Shown here in pieces: positions 45,974 through 58,650 of a stretch of DNA of 64,000 bases. The notes beneath the pieces are model-generated. The model was not told the DNA's origin, did no database searches, and worked only from the letters and a program-made list of their open reading frames with translations. Position 1 is the first letter of the stretch; the number at the start of each line of letters is the position of its first letter. The stretch covers positions 191,008,429 to 191,072,428 of the forward strand of contig NC_052155.1 in NCBI RefSeq assembly GCF_902713615.1. The letters are read 5' to 3'. The translations under genes were made by a program, and so were the position numbers. Origin of the DNA: Scyliorhinus canicula. Its lineage: Eukaryota.

Positions 45974-47283
45974 GAGGATAGGGAATGTGGTGAGGATAGG
46001 GAGGTTGGCGAGGATAGGGAAGGTGGCGAGGATAGGGAATGTGGCGAGGATAGGGAATGTGGCGAGGATAGGGAGGTTGGCGAGGATAGGGAAGGTGGCG
46101 AGGATAGGGAAGGTGGCGAGGATAGGGAATGTGGCGAGGATAGGGAAGGTGGCGAGGATAGGGAAGGTGGCGAGGATAGGGAAGGTGGCGAGGATAGGGA
46201 ATGCGGTGAGGATAGGGAGGTTGGCGAGGATAGGGAATGCGGTGAGGATAGGGAGGTTGGCGAGGATAGGCAAGGTGGCGAGGATAGGGAGGTTGGCGAG
46301 GATAGGGAAGGTGGCGAGGATAGGGAATGCGGTGAGGATAGGGAGGTTGGCGAGGATAGGGATGGTGGCGAGGATAGGGAGGGTGGCGAGGATAGGGAGG
46401 GTGGCGAGGATAGGGAATGTGGCTAGGATAGGGATGGTGGCGAGGATAGGGAGGGTGGCGAGGATAGGGAGGGTGGCGAGGATAGGGAAGGTGGCGAGGA
46501 TAGGGATGGTGGCGAGGATAGGGAGGGTGGCGAGGATAGGGAGGGTGGCGAGGATAGGGAGGGTGGCGAGGATAGGGAGGGTGGCGAGGATAGGGAGGGT
46601 GGCGAGGATAGGGATGGTGGCGAGGATAGGGATGGTGGCGAGGATAGGGAGGGTGGCGAGGATAGAGAGGGTGGCGAGGATAGGGAATGTGGCGAGGATA
46701 GGGAAGGTGGGGAGGATAGGGAATGTGGCGAGGATAGGGAATGTGGCGAGGATAGGGAAGGTGGGGAGGATAGGGAATGTGGCGAGGATAGGGAAGGTGG
46801 GGAGGATAGGGAATGTGGCGAGGATAGGGAATGTGGCGAGGATAGGGAAGGTGGGGAGGATAGGGAATGTGGCGAGGATAGGGAATGTGGCGAGGATAGG
46901 GAATGTGACGAGGATAGGGAATGTGGCGAGGATAGGGAATGTGACGAGGATAGGGAATGCGGCGTGGATAGGGAAGGTGGGGAGGATAGGGAAGGTGGGG
47001 AGGATAGGGAATGTGGCGAGGATAGGGAAGGTGGGGAGGATAGGGAATGTGGCGAGGATAGGGAATGTGGCGAGGATAGGGAAGGTGGGGAGGATAGGGA
47101 AGGTGGTGAGGATAGGGAAGGTGGGGAGGATAGGGAAGATGGTGAGGATAGGGAAGGTGGGGAGGATAGGGAAGGTGGGGAGGATAGGGAAGGTGGGGAG
47201 GATAGGGAATGTGGCGAGGATAGGGAATGTGGCGAGGATAGGGAATGTGGCGAGGATAGGGAATGTGGCGAGGATAGGGAGGT
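45974..47283 (+). repeat. 18-bp minisatellite (GCGAGGATAGGGAAGGTG), left block
   Basis: ARIGKV periodic ORF. Continues at 50267-52187. Confidence 0.97.
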
Positions 47284-47418
47284 TATAGATAGAGAAATAC
47301 AGAACAGAACAGGCCCTTCGGCCCACGATGTTGCGCCGAACTTTTGTCCTAGGTTAATCATAGAATTTTGGACAATTTTTCACTGCCAATCCACCCAACC
47401 TGCACATCTTTGGACTGT

Positions 47419-47449
<31 letters not shown>

Positions 47450-50266
47450 ACGCAGTCACGGGGAGGATGTGCAGACTCCACACAGACAGTGACCCAAGTT
47501 GAAATTGAACTTGGGACCCTGGAGCTGTGAAGCAATTGTGCTATCCACAATGCTCCCGTGCTGCCCTTAAGAAGTTAACCTACACTCCATTATTCTACCC
47601 TAATCCAAGTACCTATCCAATAGCCGCTTGAAGGTCCCTAACGCTTCCGACTCAACTACTTCCACAGGCAGTGCATTCCATGCCCCCACTACTCTCTGGG
47701 TAAAGAACCTACCTCTGACATCCCCTCTATATCTTCCACCATTTATCTTAAATTTATGTCCCCTTGTAATGGTGTGTTCCACCCGGGGAAAAAGTCTCCG
47801 ATTGTCTACTCTATCTATTCCCCTAATGATCTTATAAACCTCTATCAAGTCGCCCCTCATCCTTCTCCGTTCTAATGAGAAAAGGCCTAGCACCCTCAAC
47901 CTTTCCTCGTATGACCTACTCTCCATTCCAGGCAACATCCTGGTAAATCTCCTTTGCACCTTTTCCAAAGCTTCCACATCCTTCCTAAAATGAGGTGACC
48001 AGAACTGCACACAGTACTCCAAATGTGGCCTGACCAAGGTTTTGTACAGCTGCATCATCACCTCACGGCTCTTAAATTCAATCCCTCTGCTAATGAACGC
48101 TAGCACACCATAGGCCTTCTTCACAGCTCTATCCACTTGAGTGGCAACTTTCAAAGATCTATGAACATAGACCCCAAGATAGAACATAGAACATAGAACG
48201 ATACAGCGCAGTACAGGCCCTTCGGCCCTCGATGTTGCACCGACATGGAAAAAAAATCTAAAGGCCATCTAACCTACACTATGCCCTTATCATCCATATG
48301 CTTATCCAATAAATTTTTAAATGCCCTCAATGTTGGCGTGTTCACTACTGTTGCAGGTAGGGCATTCCACGGCCTCACCACTCTTTGCGTAAAAAACCCA
48401 CCTCTGACCTCTGTCCTATATCTATTACCCCTCAATTTAAGGCTATGTCCCCTCGTGCTAGCCACCTCCATCCGCGGGAGAAGGCTCTCGCTGTCCACCC
48501 TATCTAACCCTCTGATCATTTTGTATGCCTCTATTAAGTCACCTCTTAACCTTCTTCTCTCTAACGAAAACAATCTCAAGTCCATCAGCCTTTCCTCATA
48601 AGATTTTCCCTCCATACCAGGCAACATCCTGGTAAATCTCCTCTGCACCCGTTCCAAAGCTTCCACGTCCTTCCTATAATGAGGCGACCAGAACTGTACG
48701 CAATACTCCAAATGCGGCCGTACTAGAGTTTTGTACAACTGCAACATGACCTCATGGCTCCGGAACTCAATCCCTCTACCAATAAAGGCCAACACACCAT
48801 AGGCCTTCTTCACAACCCTATCAACCTGGGTGGCAACTTTCAGGGATCTATGTACATGGACACCGAGATCCCTCTGCTCATCCACACTACCAAGAATTTT
48901 ACCATTAGCCAAATATTCCACATTTCTGTTATTCTTTCCAAAGTGAATCACCTCACACTTCTCCACATTAAACTCCATTTGCCACCTCTCAGCCCAGCTC
49001 TGCAGCTTATCTATGTCCCTCTGTAACCTGCAACATCCTTCCGCACTGTCTACAACTCCACCGACTTTAGTGTCGTCTGCAAATTTACTCCCCCATCCTT
49101 CTGCGCCCTCCTCTAGGTCATTTATAAAAATGACAAACAGCAACGGCCCCAGAACAGATCCTTGTGGTACGCCACTCGTAACTGAACTCCATTCTGAACA
49201 TTTCCCATCAACTACCACTCTCTGTCTTCTTTCAACTAGCCAATTTCTGATCCACATCTCTAAATCACCCTCAATCCCCAGCCTCCGTATTTTCTGCAAT
49301 AGACGACCGTGGGGAACCTTATCAAACGCTTTACTGAAATCCATATACACCACATCAACTGCTCTACCCTCGTCTACCTGTTCAGTCACCTTCTCAAAGA
49401 ACTCGATAAGGTTTGTGAGGCATGACCTACCCTTCACAAAACCATGCTGACTGTCCCTAATCATATTATTCCTATCTAGATGATTATAAATCGTATCTTT
49501 TATAATCCTCTCCAAGACTTTACCCACCACAGACGTTAGGCTCACCGGCCTATAGTTACCGGGGTTATCTCTACTCCCCTTCTTGAACAAAGGGACCACA
49601 TTTGCTATCTGCTCCTCCACATTGCCAGAACCCTGCCATTAATCCTGTATTCCGCATTCATATTTGTCCTTCCAAAATGGACAACCTCACACTTGTCAGG
49701 GTTAAACTCCATCTGCCACTTCTCAGCCCAGCTCTGCATTCTATCTATGTCTCTTTGAAGCCGACAACAGCCCTCCTCACTATCCACAACTCCACCCATC
49801 TTCGTATCATCTGCAAATTTACTGACCCGCCCTTCAACTCCCTCATCCAATTCGTTAATGAAAATCACAAACAGCAGAGGACCCAGAACTGATCCCTGCG
49901 GTACGCCACTGATAACTGGGCTCCAGGCTGAATATTTGCCATCCACCACCGCTCTCTGTCTTCTATCGGTTAGCCAGTTTGTTATCCAACTGGCCAAATT
50001 TCCCACTATCCCATGCCTCCTTACTTTCTGCATAAGCCTACCATGGGGAACCTTATCAAATGCCTTACTAAAGTCCATGTACACTGCATCCGCTGCTTTA
50101 CCTTCATCCACATGCTTGGTCACCTCCTCAAAGAAGTCAATAAGACTTGTAAGGCAAGACCTACCCCTCACAAATCCGTGCTGACTATCCCTAATCAAGC
50201 AATGCCTTTCCAGATGCTCAGAAATACTATCCCTCAGTACCCTTTCCATTACTTTGCCTACCACAA
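47284..50266 (-). mobile_element. CR1 LINE (50266-49606 plus 48180-47284) inserted in the minisatellite and split by a younger CR1
   Basis: RT ORFs 49605-50264 and 47600-48268 are consecutive parts of one CR1 ORF2. The 3' UTR carries an embedded SINE at about 47370-47570. Confidence 0.88.
48181..49608 (-). mobile_element. Young 5'-truncated CR1 LINE with an uninterrupted RT frame
   Basis: 448-aa open frame (NYRPVSLTS...QHGF...DFSKAFDKVPH...GVPQGSVLGP...KFADDTK), 3' UTR and (TATGTTC)n tail. Confidence 0.95.
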
Positions 50267-52187
50267 GGTTGGCGAGGATAGGGAAGGGGGCGAGGATAGG
50301 GAAGGGGGCGAGGATAGGGAAGGGGGCGAGGATAGGGAAGGGGGCGAGGATAGGGAAGGGGCGAGGATAGGGAAGGGGGCGAGGATAGGGAAGGGGGCGA
50401 GGATAGGGAAGGGGGCGAGGATAGGGAAGGGGGCGAGGATAGGGAAGGGGGCGAGGATAGGGAAGGGGGCGAGGATAGGGAAGGGGCGAGGATAGGGAAG
50501 GGGGCGAGGATAGGGAAGGGGGCGAGGATAGGGAAGGGGGCGAGGATAGGGAAGGGGGCGAGGATAGGGAAGGGGGCGAGGATAGGGAATGGGGCGAGGA
50601 TAGGGAATGGGGCGAGGATAGGGAATGGGGCGAGGATAGGGAATGGGGCGAGGATAGGGAATGGGGCGAGGATAGGGAATGGGGCGAGGATAGGGAATGG
50701 GGCGAGGATAGGGAATGGGGCGAGGATAGGGAATGGGGCGAGGATAGGGAATGGGGCGAGGATAGGGAATGGGGCGAGGATAGGGAATGGGGCGAGGATA
50801 GGGAATGGGGCGAGGATAGGGAGGGTGGCGAGGATAGGGAATACGGTGAGGATAGGGAAGGCGGCGAGGATAGGGAAGGTGGCGAGGATAGGGAAGGTGG
50901 CGAGGATAGGGAATGTGGCGAGGATAGGGAATGTGGCGAGGATAGGGAATGTGATGAGGATAGGGAATGTGGTGCGGATAGGGAATGTGGTGCGGATAGG
51001 GAGGGTGGCGAGGATAGGGAATGTGGCGAGGATAGGGAAGGTGGCGAGGATAGGGAATGTGGCGAGGATAGGGAATGTGGCGAGGATAGGGAAGGTGACG
51101 AGGATAGGGAGGTTGGTGAGGATAGGGAGGGTGGTGAGGATAGGGAAGGTGGCGAGGATAGGGAATGTGGCGAGGATAGGGAATGTGGCGAGGATAGGGA
51201 ATGCGGCGAGGATAGGGAATGCGGCGAGGATAGGGAATGCGGCGAGGATAGGGAATGCGGCGAGGATAGGGAATGCGGCGAGGATAGGGAATGCGGCGAG
51301 GATAGGGAAGGTGGCGAGGATAGGGAATGTGGCGAGGATAGGGAAGGTGGTGAGGATAGGGAAGGTGGTGAGGATAGGGAATGTGGTGAGGATAGGGAAG
51401 GTGGTGAGGATAGGGAAGGTGGTGAGGATAGGGAATGTGGTGAGGATAGGGAATGTGGCGAGGATTGGGAAGGTGGTGAGGATAGGGAGGGTGGTGAGGA
51501 TAGGGAGGGTGGTGAGGATAGGGAAGGTGGTGAGGATAGGGAAGGTGGTGAGGATAGGGAGGGTGGTGAGGATAGGGAATGTGGTGAGGATAGGGAATGT
51601 GGTGAGGATATGGAAGGTGGTGAGGATAGGGAAGGTGGTGATAGGGAATGTGGTGAGGATAGGGAATGTGGTGAGGATAGGGAATGTGGTGAGGATAGGG
51701 AGGGTGGTGAGGATAGGGAATGTGGTGAGGATAGGGAATGTGGTGAGGATAGGGAGGGTGGTGAGGATAGGGAATGTGGTGAGGATAGGCAGGGTGGTGA
51801 GGATCGGGAATGTGGTGAGGATAGGGAATGTGGCGAGGATAGGGAATGTGGTGAGGATAGGGAAGGTGGTGAGGATAGGGAAGGTGGTGTGGATAGGGAG
51901 GGTGGTGAGGATCGGGAATGTGGTGAGGATAGGGAATGTGGCGAGGATAGGGAATGTGGTGAGGATAGGGAAGGTGGTGAGGATAGGGAGGGTGGTGAGG
52001 ATAGGGAAGGTGGTGAGGATAGGGAGGGTGGTGAGGATAGGGAAGGTGGTGAGGATAGGGAGGGTGGTGAGGATAGGGAAGGTGGTGAGGATAGGGAGGG
52101 TGGTGAGGATCGGGAATGTGGTGAGGATAGGGAATGTGGTGAGGATAGGGAGGGTGGTGAGGATCGGGAATGTGGTGAGGATAGGGA
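50267..52187 (+). repeat. 18-bp minisatellite, right block
   Basis: Same unit as 45974-47283, with homogeneous sub-blocks (GAAGGGGGC, then GAATGGGGC). Confidence 0.97.
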
Positions 52188-53400
52188 AAACGGTGCTCTT
52201 AAGGGTCGATGGTTGGGGAGCTTGGCTCTTCCGAACTTCTTGTATTATTAGTGGGTGGCGAATGTGGAGAAGGTGTGGGGCTGGAGTAAGGAGATGGAGG
52301 TTCTATGGGTGCGGATGGAGGCAGGTTCCTGTAAGAGTTCGGGATTGCAGACACTGGCAATGATGCCACTACTGTTCGGCTCCGGGAAGTTTTCAGTGAA
52401 TCCAGTAATGATAGCCACGTTGAAGATCTGGGGGCAATTTTTTGAGAGCATTTGAAGTTAAGAGCAGTGTCGAGGGTGATGATGATTAGACGGAAGCACA
52501 GGTTTGAACCATGAAGGATGGATGCAAAGTTCTGGGGGTGGGAGAAAAAGAGGTAAAAGAGATGAAGGATCTGTTTCTGGAGGGACGATTTACACGTTTG
52601 GAGGAGCTGGGGGTGAAGTATGGGCTCCAGCATGAGGAGGGCTTCAGGTGCGGAACTTAGCACAAGGTTTCCCGAGCACCGGCCTCCTCGTTGTTGGAGG
52701 AGGTGCCGTTGTTGGGGGGGGGGGGGGGGGGGCGCCAAGAGTAGGGTCATTTTGGTGATCTAGAGCAGGATTATGGAGGAGGACAAGGAGTCCATGGAGG
52801 GGATTAAGGCCAAGTGGGAGGAAGAGTTGGTGATGGGGCTGGGAGATGGATTCTGGTGTGAAATGCTGCAAAGGGTCAATACTTCGACCTCACATGCGAG
52901 GCTGGGGTTGGTGTATATCGGAACATTTAACAAAGGTAAGGATGAGCCGGCTGTTTGAGGTGGGGGGGAGGATAGTAGCGAGCAGTGAGGGAGGGACCCA
53001 GCCAATCATGACCAAATGTTCTGGTCCTGCCTGAAGTTGGAGAAATATTGGGGTCTTTCTTCAGCCCCATGTCTGAGGTTCTGAATGTGGATCTGGAGCC
53101 AGGTCCCTGGGACCATACAGGATGTCAGACCTGCCGGAGCTGCAGATGGGAGCGGGGCAGAAGTTTCAGCCTCGTTGATTGCTTGCAGATGGGTTCTGTT
53201 GGGGTGGAGGTCAGCTTCTCCTCCCAGTGTCTTGGTGTGGCTGGGAGATCTATTGGAGTGCCTGTATTTGGAGAAGGTGACATTCTCTCAGAGAGGGGAG
53301 GATGAGAAGTGCACCAGAGATGGGGCTTGTTTGTTTTAAATTTTGGAGACCTGGCTGCTGTTGAGGGCTGTTGTGTGTTGTTGTAAATATGTAAAAAAAT
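52188..53400 (+). mobile_element. Degenerate L1 ORF2 C-terminal part and 3' UTR (continuation of 44960-45973)
   Basis: GSLALPNFLYY, KAKWEEEL...WCEMLQRVNTSTSHARLG and HMFWSC-like motifs. Confidence 0.85.
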
Positions 53401-53499
53401 GGATTGGGAATAGTTTCCCGATCTACGCTCCCAGCGGGAATGCAAATCAGCTGCAATTCAACTCTGCCGGGAATCTCTCAAACGGAGAATCTCGCCCAG

Positions 53500-56400
53500 C
53501 ATTACCCTCACCAATCATTTCTGTAACTTCCCAAAAACCTCCAGAAAGATAGTTAAACATGATTTCCCCTTTAGAAACCTATGCTGTATCTTCCTAATCA
53601 ACCCACATTTTTCCATGTGACTCCCAATTCTATCCCGAATAATTGTTTCTGGAGGTTTGCCCACCACTGAGGTTACATTCACTGCTCTGCATTTGCTGGG
53701 GTTATCCTAACAACGTTTTTGAACAGGAAATAGCAGGGGCACCATCAATAATTTCCAATTCCTCTCTGGCCACAGGAGAGGTGCCAGAGGACTGGAGGAT
53801 AGTCAATGTGGTTCCATTATTCAAGAAGGGAGGAAGGGATAAACCAGGAAACTACAGTTGTCAGTCTAACCTCAGTGGTGGGGAAACTATTGGAAGCCAT
53901 TCTGAGAGACAGAATTAATCTGCATTTGGAGAGGCCGCGATTAATCAGGAACAGTCAGCGTGGGTTTGGTTAAGGGGAGGCCATGTCTGACCAACTTAAT
54001 TGAATTTTTCAAAAAGGTGACCAGGTGCGTAGATGAGGGAAATTAATTTGATGTGGTCACTCGGACTTCAGCAAGGCTTTTGATAAGGTTCCCCACGGGA
54101 GACTGTTAGCGAAGGTAAAAGCACATGGGATCCAAGGAAATTTGGCAAATTGGATCCAGACTTGGCTGAGTGGCAGGAAGCAGAGGGTGATGGTCGAGGG
54201 GTGTTTTTCTGTGTCCAGTGGGGTCCCACAAGGGGCAGTGTTGGGGCCCTTGATGTTTGTGGTTTATAATCAATGATTTAGACATGAATGTAGGAGGGTG
54301 ATCAGTAACTTTACGGATGATACGGAAATTGGTGGGAAGGTAAATAGTGAGGAGGATAGCCTTCGATTATGAAATGAAATGAAAATCGCTTGTCACAAAT
54401 AGGCTTCAAATGAAGTTACTGTGAAAAGCTCCTGTCGCCACATTCCGGCGCCTGTTCGGGGAGGCTGGTACGGGAATTGAACCGTGCTGCTGGCCTGCCT
54501 TGGTCTGCTTTAAAAGCCAGCTATATGGCCCAGTGTGCTAAACCAGCCCCTTGATTACAGGAGGGTATAGACGGGCTGGTCAGATGGGCTGATCAGTGGC
54601 AAATGGAATTCAATCCGGGTAAGTGTGAGGTGATGTACTTGGGCAGGACAAACAAGGCAAAGGGAATACAGGATAAATGGCAGGACCCTGGGGAGCCCCG
54701 AGGATCAGAGGGACCTTGTTGCGCATGTACACCCGTCCCTTAAGGTAACAGAGTAGATGGATACAGTGGGTAAGGCGGCAAATGGTATACATGCGTTTAT
54801 TAGCTAAGGCATAGAGTTTAAGAGCAGGGAGGTTATGCTGGAACTGTATAAAATGTTGGTTAGGTCATAGCTGGAGTATTGTGTGCAGTTCTGGAATCCA
54901 CATTCTAGGACGGATGTCATAGCACTGGAAATAATAATAATAATCTTTATTGTCATAAGTCGGCTTACATTAACACTGCAATTAAGATACTGTGAAATTC
55001 CACTACTCGCCACATTCCGGCACCTGTTCGGGTACACTAAGAGAGAATTCAGAATGTCCAATTCACCTAACAAGCGTGTTTTTCAGGACTTGTGGGAGGA
55101 AACCGGAGCACCCGGAGGAAACCCACGCAGACACGGGGGAGAACGTGTAAACTCCGCACAGACAGTGACCCAAGCCGGGAATCGAACCTGGGACCCTGGT
55201 GCTGTGCAGCCATAGTGCTAACCACTGTGCTGCCATGCTACCCATCATGAGGTGATCAGCCATGATTTGATTGAATGGTCGAGCAGGCTCGAAGGGCTGA
55301 ATTGCCAAATTTTGCTCCAATTCCTATGTTCCCATCTCATCCAATCCTAGATCCTTATCAACGTTCAGTACTGAGTCAATGAACACACCATCAATATTGA
55401 ACCATTTTTAGGACAGTTTCCTTGTCTGACACTGCATTCTGGGTAGTATCCATCTCCTTGGTAAAGACAGATGTAAAGTATTAATTTAGTACCCTGTCAC
55501 CATACCCTCAATGTGTAAATTCCCTTTTCGGTCCTTATTCAGCCCTACTTCTCCTTTTGTCATTATTAATATTTATCTGTCTATAGGAAACTTTGGGATT
55601 CCCCTTTTTATTGGCTGCCAGTCTTTTCTTCTCTAAAGTGAGTTTTCACTTCCCTTCTGAACCTGCTGTCTGCTTCTTAGTTCTCAATTCCACCCGATAC
55701 CGGTAACGAACACACTTTGTCTCCTCTCATCGTCATTTCCATCTTCTTTCGTTCAGGAAGTTCTGCTGCACCTTTCCCTGGTGTGAAGATACAGGGCTGG
55801 ATTCTCCGCGCCCCCGAAAAGCAGCGTACACAGGGAGTACGCCGCACACTGCGCACACAGGGAGTACGCCGCACACTGCGCACACAGGGAGTACGCCGCA
55901 CACTGCGCACACAGGGAGTACGCCGCACACTGCGCACACAGGGAGTACGCCGCACACTGCGCACACAGGGAGTACGCCGCACACTGCGCACACAGGGAGT
56001 ACGCCGCACACTGCGCACACAGGGAGTACGCCGCACACTGCGCACACAGGGAGTACGCCGCACACTGCGCACACAGGGAGTACGCCGCACACAGCGCACA
56101 CAGGGAGTACGCCGCACACAGCGCACACAGGGAGTACGCCGCACACAGCGTACACAGGGAGTACGCCGCACACAGCGTACACAGGGAGTACGCCGCACAC
56201 AGCGTACACAGGGAGTACGCCGCACACAGCGTACACAGGGAGTACGCCGCACACAGCGTACACAGGGAGTACGCCGCACACAGCGTACACAGGGAGTACG
56301 CCGCACACAGCGTACACAGGGAGTACGCCGCACACAGCGTACACAGGGAGTACGCCGCACACAGCGTACACAGGGAGTACGCCGCACCGATTATTCACCA

Positions 56401-58050
56401 CCAGATGCCATTGCCAGATAACTGCTCCCCTATTCTCCACCCCCCACAGGTTGAGTTCCCTACGGCGTGGACCACTCACGGTTCTGCCGGTCATGATACA
56501 CGCAAGGCGGCTGTGGACTCAGTCCGGGTCAGGCGCACAGCCGATCGGGGGCATTATTTCAGCGGTCTCAGTCTGTCATGGAGCATGGCGCAGCCGCTGG
56601 AGGCCGCTGCCATGCGCGGCCTCTGACCCGGAAGTGCGGGGGCCGTATCGGCAGCTGGAGCTGCGAGCTCCAGGACAGCTGCCTGCTAGCCCCCTGCAAG
56701 GCTGTGAATCTGTGGCCTTTTGACACCAGTTTTTCTGGCATCAAAGTCCACAGTTTTCAGGACGGTGTGGGGACACGGTCCCTGAAATGGAGAATATAGC
56801 CTCATTATTGTTTTGAAGGTGCTGCATTGCTCAGTGACAGTTTTTTGTGCCAAACCTTGATTCCAGTCCAACCCGTCCAGCTCCGTTCTTGTACCATTCA
56901 AGTCTTCTACCTCCCAGTAATTATATTTACTCTGGATTGCCTATTTTATTTTTCTATCATCATCCTAAACATTACAAAACAAATGGTCATCGTCTCCTAA
57001 ACATTTCCTCATTTGGCCTGCCTAATTTTCGAGAACCAGGTGCTTCCTTTTTTTAAAAAAATCGGATGGGACAAAAACTGCTGGAGAAATATTTTCCTGA
57101 ATGAAACCTAGGGACCTTTGCCCCCCACTCTGTCCTTTACACTATCACTGTCCCAGTCTACTCGGATAATTAACGTTCCCCATCACTACTCGGTGATGTT
57201 TACATCTCTCTGTAATTTCTCTGCACATTTATTCATCTACATCCTTCTCACTAGTTGGTGCACACGGAGTAACGTCATTCACCTTTCTTGTTCCTTAGCT
57301 CCAGCTGCTCTCGAATTCTCCGAGACATCCCCCTTCTCCGGTACTGTAATACTCTCTCCAAATAACACAACCACCCCTTTCCTATCTTTCCTGAACATTT
57401 AAAAAAATAATAAATTTAGAGGACTCAATTCATTTTTTCCAATTAGGGGCATTTTTTTTAGTGTACCCAATCCACCTACCCTGCACATCTTTTGTGTTGT
57501 GGGGGCAAAACCCACGCAGACATGGGGAGAATGTGTAAACTCCACACAGACAGTGACCCAGAGCCGGGATCGAACCTGGGACCCTGGCACCGTGAGACTG
57601 CAGTGCTAACCACTGCGCCACCTTGCTGCCCTACCTGAACATCTTTTACCCAGGAATATTTAACACCCAGTCTTGCCCTTTCTTGAGCCAAGTCTCTTAA
57701 TACCACAACATATTTCCACAACTTAATCTGCGCCTGTAACTGCCCAATCTTATTCACTACACTTTGTGCATTCACACACATTCACAGTAACCCTAATTTA
57801 GGTGTTATTACTTTCTCCTTTACTCCGACTTCGCTTGTTAATTTACTATCCTTTACACAAGTAATTCTGCCCCTCCCAGTATTTTGTGGACCACGACATT
57901 CCTCACTAATATTTCCTCTTGGCTCCTGTCCTCCTGCGGAGTTCAAAAGCCCCTTGACAGCACTAGCAAAACATCCCATAAGGGACTCAGTTCCAACTGT
58001 GTTAAGGTGCCACCTGCCCAACATGTGCAGGTGCTATCTCCCCCAGAGCC
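53500..58050 (-). mobile_element. Old CR1 LINE (ORF1 end, endonuclease, linker, RT start) with nested CR1(+) at about 53710-55335, SINEs and a MITE
   Basis: Minus-strand peptide CVNAQSVVNKIGQLQAQIKLWKY (CR1 endonuclease N-terminus) at 57476-57781. Plus-strand RT motifs at 53760-54950. Confidence 0.7.
55794..56802. mobile_element. Harbinger-like MITE with an internal 27-bp array (55826-56385, about 20 copies)
   Basis: Ends GGGCTGGATTCTCC / GGAGAATATAGCCT, the same TIR family as 11309-11933. Unit CAGCGTACACAGGGAGTACGCCGCACA. Confidence 0.72.
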
Positions 58051-58650
58051 TGTCCCAGAGTCCCAGGAATCTAACCGCCCCCCCCACCCTGCCTGCACCA
58101 TTTTTCCAGCCACGTATTTATCCGTCTTATCCTCTTTCTGCCCTCACTTTGATGTAGCACTGGGACTAATCAGAATTGAAGGCGGCGCAGGAGCATGGCA
58201 ACTCTCAGCGAGCTCTCTCCCCCATCCCTTTTCTTTCATCTCCGATCAGCGTTCTGACCCACTAAAACTATTTTCCTCATTATAATTACTCTGCTCTTGG
58301 CTCATTGTTTTTGCTTTGTTTGGCCCCTTGTTCCGCAGTAACCAATCACTGTTTGTCGATGTTCTGTGTTGATTATTCTTTTGTCTACGATGTACGTACT
58401 GTGTACGTTCCTTTGGCCGCAGAAAAATACTTTTCACCGTACTTTGGTACATGTGACAATCAATCAAATCAAAATCCAGTGATTACTACATTTGAGGTGC
58501 AATTGTTTAGGGTATTGGTGAGGCCACACCTGGAGTATTGTGTGCAGTTTAGGTGTCCTCATCTGAGGAAGGATGTTCTTGCTATGGAGGGAGTGCAGCA
58601 ACGGTTTACCAGGCTGATTTCAGAGATGGTGGATGGTTTTGCTTGACTGG

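Noticed and set aside
45941-52363. 446-512 aa ARIG-repeat ORFs
   Set aside because: Stop-free 18-bp repeat inside a dead L1.
55677-56494. Cys/Arg-rich repeat ORFs (metallothionein- or protamine-like)
   Set aside because: They come from the 27-bp array inside a MITE.
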